The notes beneath the pieces are model-generated. The model was not told the DNA's origin. It worked only from the letters and a program-made list of their open reading frames with translations, and searched no databases. Positions 60,701-64,000 of a DNA stretch of 64,000 nucleotides are shown here, in pieces; the first letter of the stretch is position 1, and every line of letters starts with the position of its first letter. Origin of the DNA: Octopus bimaculoides (lineage: Eukaryota); contig NC_068988.1 of assembly GCF_001194135.2 (NCBI RefSeq), forward strand, positions 95,674,421 to 95,738,420, read 5' to 3'. Made by a program: the position numbers and the translations under genes.

Positions 60701-62130
60701 AGAGCCCTAAATACTAATACCATTCTCATGTAATGGTTCTTCTGCCATTTGGCACTTTGGACCCACAACTGATATTTTAAGCCCCACGTTAATCAATGCC
60801 TTGAGAGAAATTCATAGATGGAAATTGTATGGAAGCTCATATGTATGTGAGTGTGTGTGTGACATTGGTTACCTTCATTTAACGTCTATTTCCCATACTG
60901 GCATGGGTTGGCTGGTTTGACCAGGGGCTGGCAAGCCAAAGAGCCGCACCAGGCTCCAGTTGTCTATGTTGGTTTTGTTTGACACATCAAAAGAACCATT
61001 TGAGCATGGCCGATGCCAGTGCCACCTGACTGGCTCCTGTGCCGGTGGTATGTTAAAACCACTCACTACACTCTCGGAGTGGTTGGCATTAGGAAGGGCA
61101 TCCAGCTGCAGAAACCTTACCAGATCAGATTGGAGCCTGGTGCAACCTCCTGGCTCACCAGTTCTCAGTCAAACTGTCCAACCCATACCAGCATGGAAAG
61201 CAGACGTCAAATGATGATGATCTGGATGCCCTTTCTCTACAGAGTGTACTGGGTGCTTTTTACATGGCCTTTTAAACAAATGACCACCAGCCGTTTGACA
61301 TGCTATTTACCATCTTAATTGAACAGGAAGGGTGACTGGCTGAAGAACACGATCTCAGCTATTGATTTCTAATATACTTTGTCTAACCCATGCATGCATA
61401 GAAATTATCATCATCATCATCATCATCGTTTAACATCCGCTTTCCATGCTGGCATGGGTTGGACAGTTTGACTGGGGTCTGGGAAGCCAGGAGGCTGCAC
61501 CAGGCCCCCAAACTGATCTGGCAGTGATTCTACAGCTGGATGCCCTTCCTAACGCCAACCACTCAGAGTGTAGTGGGTGCTTTTTACATGCCACTAGCAC
61601 GGGGCTCACAACTACAATTTCCATTTGGTTTTGATGTACTTGGACTCAATAGGTCTCCTCAAGCATGGCATGTCACCCTATGATCCAAGGTATTTTTGAG
61701 TGGGTTGGTTATGCGACACTGGTGTACGTTACAGCTGTGGACTCACTTTATTTGCCGAGTCTTTTGTCATTACCTCTGTGAGGCCCAACGTTCGAAGGTC
61801 ACGCTTCACCACATGGACTAAAACTGAACAATAATGACATATGACTGAAACATAGTTAATTAGTTTCTTGATTAACATTTATTTTGTTAACATACACCTC
61901 ACTACCAGATATTTACTAGAATTAAAAAAAAACAGTTACACCTGTTTCACATTGGGGGGGGGGGTCTCTTCACATTCTCAGTACTACTTCAAAGACAGGG
62001 AAAACTCTAAAGGAGAGAGAAAGAGTTCCTTACCATTAGTATTGTCTCCAAATTCATGAATATGGAACCCATGCTTGCCATCGGGCATTCCTGAAATCTC
62101 TCCTGTAACCTTCACAGGTCCATTACTGCA
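57756..62130 (-). CDS. SOD1: Cu/Zn superoxide dismutase, cytosolic SOD1 type; exons 2-5, 5'-partial
   Basis: GT-AG exons on -: 62130-62034 (97 nt, [32 protein letters not shown]), 60590-60521 (70 nt, [24 protein letters not shown]), 58749-58635 (115 nt, HVGDLGNV...NCIVGRTLV), 57872-57756 (117 nt, [38 protein letters not shown]). All Cu/Zn His and Asp ligands, both disulfide Cys and the catalytic Arg are present. Intron positions match the vertebrate SOD1 layout. Exon 1 was not found in the window. Confidence 0.95.
59745..60340 (-). mobile_element. Tc1/mariner transposase remnant in SOD1 intron 3
   Basis: Broken frames [29 protein letters not shown], a PxDYYVWG-like segment and a C-terminal [10 protein letters not shown]...VVETEG segment. 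Confidence 0.7.
59878..59992 (-). pseudogene. 28S (LSU) rRNA fragment, 115 nt, domain V
   Basis: - strand reads AGGGCAAAAGCTCGCTTGATCTCGATTTTCAGTATGAATACGGACTGCGAAAGCGTGGCCC...GATCCTT...GAGGTGTCAG, matching conserved eukaryotic LSU sequence just 5' of the peptidyl-transferase loop. Flanks are not rDNA. Confidence 0.85.
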
Positions 62131-63797
62131 CTGAAAAGACAATTCAGGTCCTCAGCTTTTGAAAACATTACAAATGCACACACACATGTTACAATAACAA
62201 AATGGAGGAAGAAGTTTACTCTTGTACATTTATATACCACATAAAATTTATTTAATTTATATAATGTATAAATTCTGCATGTATAATACACAGGATGGAT
62301 GCCAGTCAGAATTTCACTTGCTCACTAAACCCCACAACCAAACTTATTGAATCAGCCATGGAAGTGGTTGAGTATTCCATAGACACCATTAATGCTAGAA
62401 TCAGAATGATAGAGTGAGACAAGAACTGGATCTTTGAATTCCAGAAACCAGCCATCCAACAGGCTTCCAGTTTCCACAGTTTCCAATTTTGCTGTCAAGC
62501 CATGGAATGCATTTGAACCTGGGACATTGTGATTAAGCAAATTTGTTAAGCATCTGACTACAGCACATCTATATAACATGCAATCATGACCAGGTCATCC
62601 TTCCTTCCTTTAACCGACTCCATAAAACAGGGGTCAATGGTTTTCAGCTGGTGCAACAGAAACTGTACGGCATGTCTGGACAAGATCATATTTTAGCCAT
62701 TATTTGATGCCAAAACAGAAGGATCAAAACAAACTTTGGGAGTGGAATCTGCAGTTGGAAACCTTGAATAGTTTTAAGATTTGGAATTGAATATTCCATC
62801 TTTCCACCACACAAAATGGAATTGTTCTATGCTATACTTTTCTTTCATTTATAAAAAAGTTAACGATGCTTTGTCTGGATTTCACAATCCACATCCTGAG
62901 GAAATATTGTCAATGCATGACCAACGCCGGCCAGAATGGAAAACGGACGTCGATGACGAGCGATGTACAAAAGGTTTGAAGAAACAAGACCCTCTTGCTA
63001 CAACTTACAAACAAAACCCTTGACAGCATTAGATGTCTTGTGAGATATTGCTTTATCTGTTAACCTGTGTTGATGCTTATGTGGAGGGACCTGTGGAAGA
63101 GATAAAGCCAGGAAGACATGGGACAAGGTAGTGAAGCACGATCTTCGAATGTGGGAGTCACATGAAGGCAATGAGAAATGACTGTGACAGGAGCCAATCT
63201 GTGGCCCTGGCAACGATCACGCTCGGATGTGCTTTTAACGGTCCACTGGCACTAGTGTCAGTCAGGCAGTACTGTCGTGCGTAGAAAATCCAACATTTTG
63301 GACACATCCTCCAGGAAGGGAGATTTATGTCCTACATTATAAATTGCAAATAAGAAAATGGAGTACTAAAGAGAGAGAGAGAGAGAGAGAGGATGAAGGG
63401 TTGCTGAAATAATATCTGAGAAGAACAAATCCATTTTAGGGAAGCAGAGACTCTAGTATTTGATTGGTGTTTGGTTCTAGGTTCAAATCAGACAGAAGTC
63501 AAATTTTGCCTTTTCTCTTTCCATGGTCAAGGAAACAAAGAATAACTAAACACACTGCATGACCTTTTGTCTGAGGTTCCATTGTGTCTACTTATTCACC
63601 ATTCTGGAGAATTAAACTAAAACAATAAACAAGCATTGATATTGTGTGTGTCCCCCCCCCCCATTCATATGGGACGTTATTTTCCTTTTCATCTCAGAAT
63701 GCGAGTTATTGTAGCAACCGCAATAAACAATATGTATTGTTACATATAAAACAATAGTTCAAATGTTCTAATAATAATAATAATTATTATTATTATG

Positions 63798-64000
63798 AAG
63801 GCAGCGAGCTGGCAGAACTGTTAGCACGCCGGGCGAAATGCTTAGCAGTGTTTCGTCTGTCTTAAAGTTCTGAGTTCAAATTCCGCCAAGGTTGACTTTG
63901 CCTTTCATCCTTTCGGGGTCGATAAATTAAGTACCACTTGCGTAATGGGGTTGATGTAATCGACTGGCCCCTTCCCCTAAAATTTCAGGCCTTGTGCCTA
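63798..64000 (+). mobile_element. Second tRNA-derived SINE family with conserved core, truncated by the window end
   Basis: Box-B-like GAGTTCAAATTCC; core TTGCCTTTCATCCTTTCGGGGTCGATAAA. Other copies near 14100-14272 (+), 26060-26215 (-) and 46500-46610 (-). Confidence 0.7.

Noticed and set aside
62131-64000. SOD1 exon 1
   Set aside because: No AVCVL-like frame with a donor was found; it is presumably beyond the window end.
1-64000. CRISPR arrays, prokaryotic operons, intact tRNA or rRNA genes
   Set aside because: None seen. tRNA-like boxes belong to SINE heads and the only rRNA match is a 115-nt fragment.

Overview
AT-rich animal genomic DNA from a draft assembly with eight N gaps. The repeat families suggest an octopus/coleoid cephalopod (inference). 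Four intron-containing genes were reconstructed by hand from splice sites and frame continuity: (1) importin alpha, KPNA2/alpha-2 type, + strand, 1059-7591, first coding exon not found in the window; (2) COQ3 O-methyltransferase, - strand, 13608-7905, complete; (3) PNISR (SFRS18), + strand, CDS 29237-55476, with a probable non-coding first exon ending at 16535; (4) Cu/Zn superoxide dismutase, SOD1 type, - strand, exons 2-5 at 62130-57756, which the ORF track misses entirely. Introns carry RTE LINE copies and tails, tRNA-derived SINEs, TTAA-type MITEs, a Tc1/mariner remnant and microsatellites. The most notable observations are: three distinct families of short repeats carrying minimal, palindrome-stem-III hammerhead ribozyme motifs of the Penelope-like-element type; a 115-nt 28S rRNA fragment inserted inside the mariner remnant in a SOD1 intron; a perfect 88-bp inverted repeat in COQ3 intron 1; COQ3-PNISR adjacency as in human; convergent poly(A) signals of KPNA2 and COQ3 only 9 nt apart; and several candidate NMD-type splicing switches in PNISR. 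Gene identities and family assignments rest on recalled sequence motifs, not database searches.
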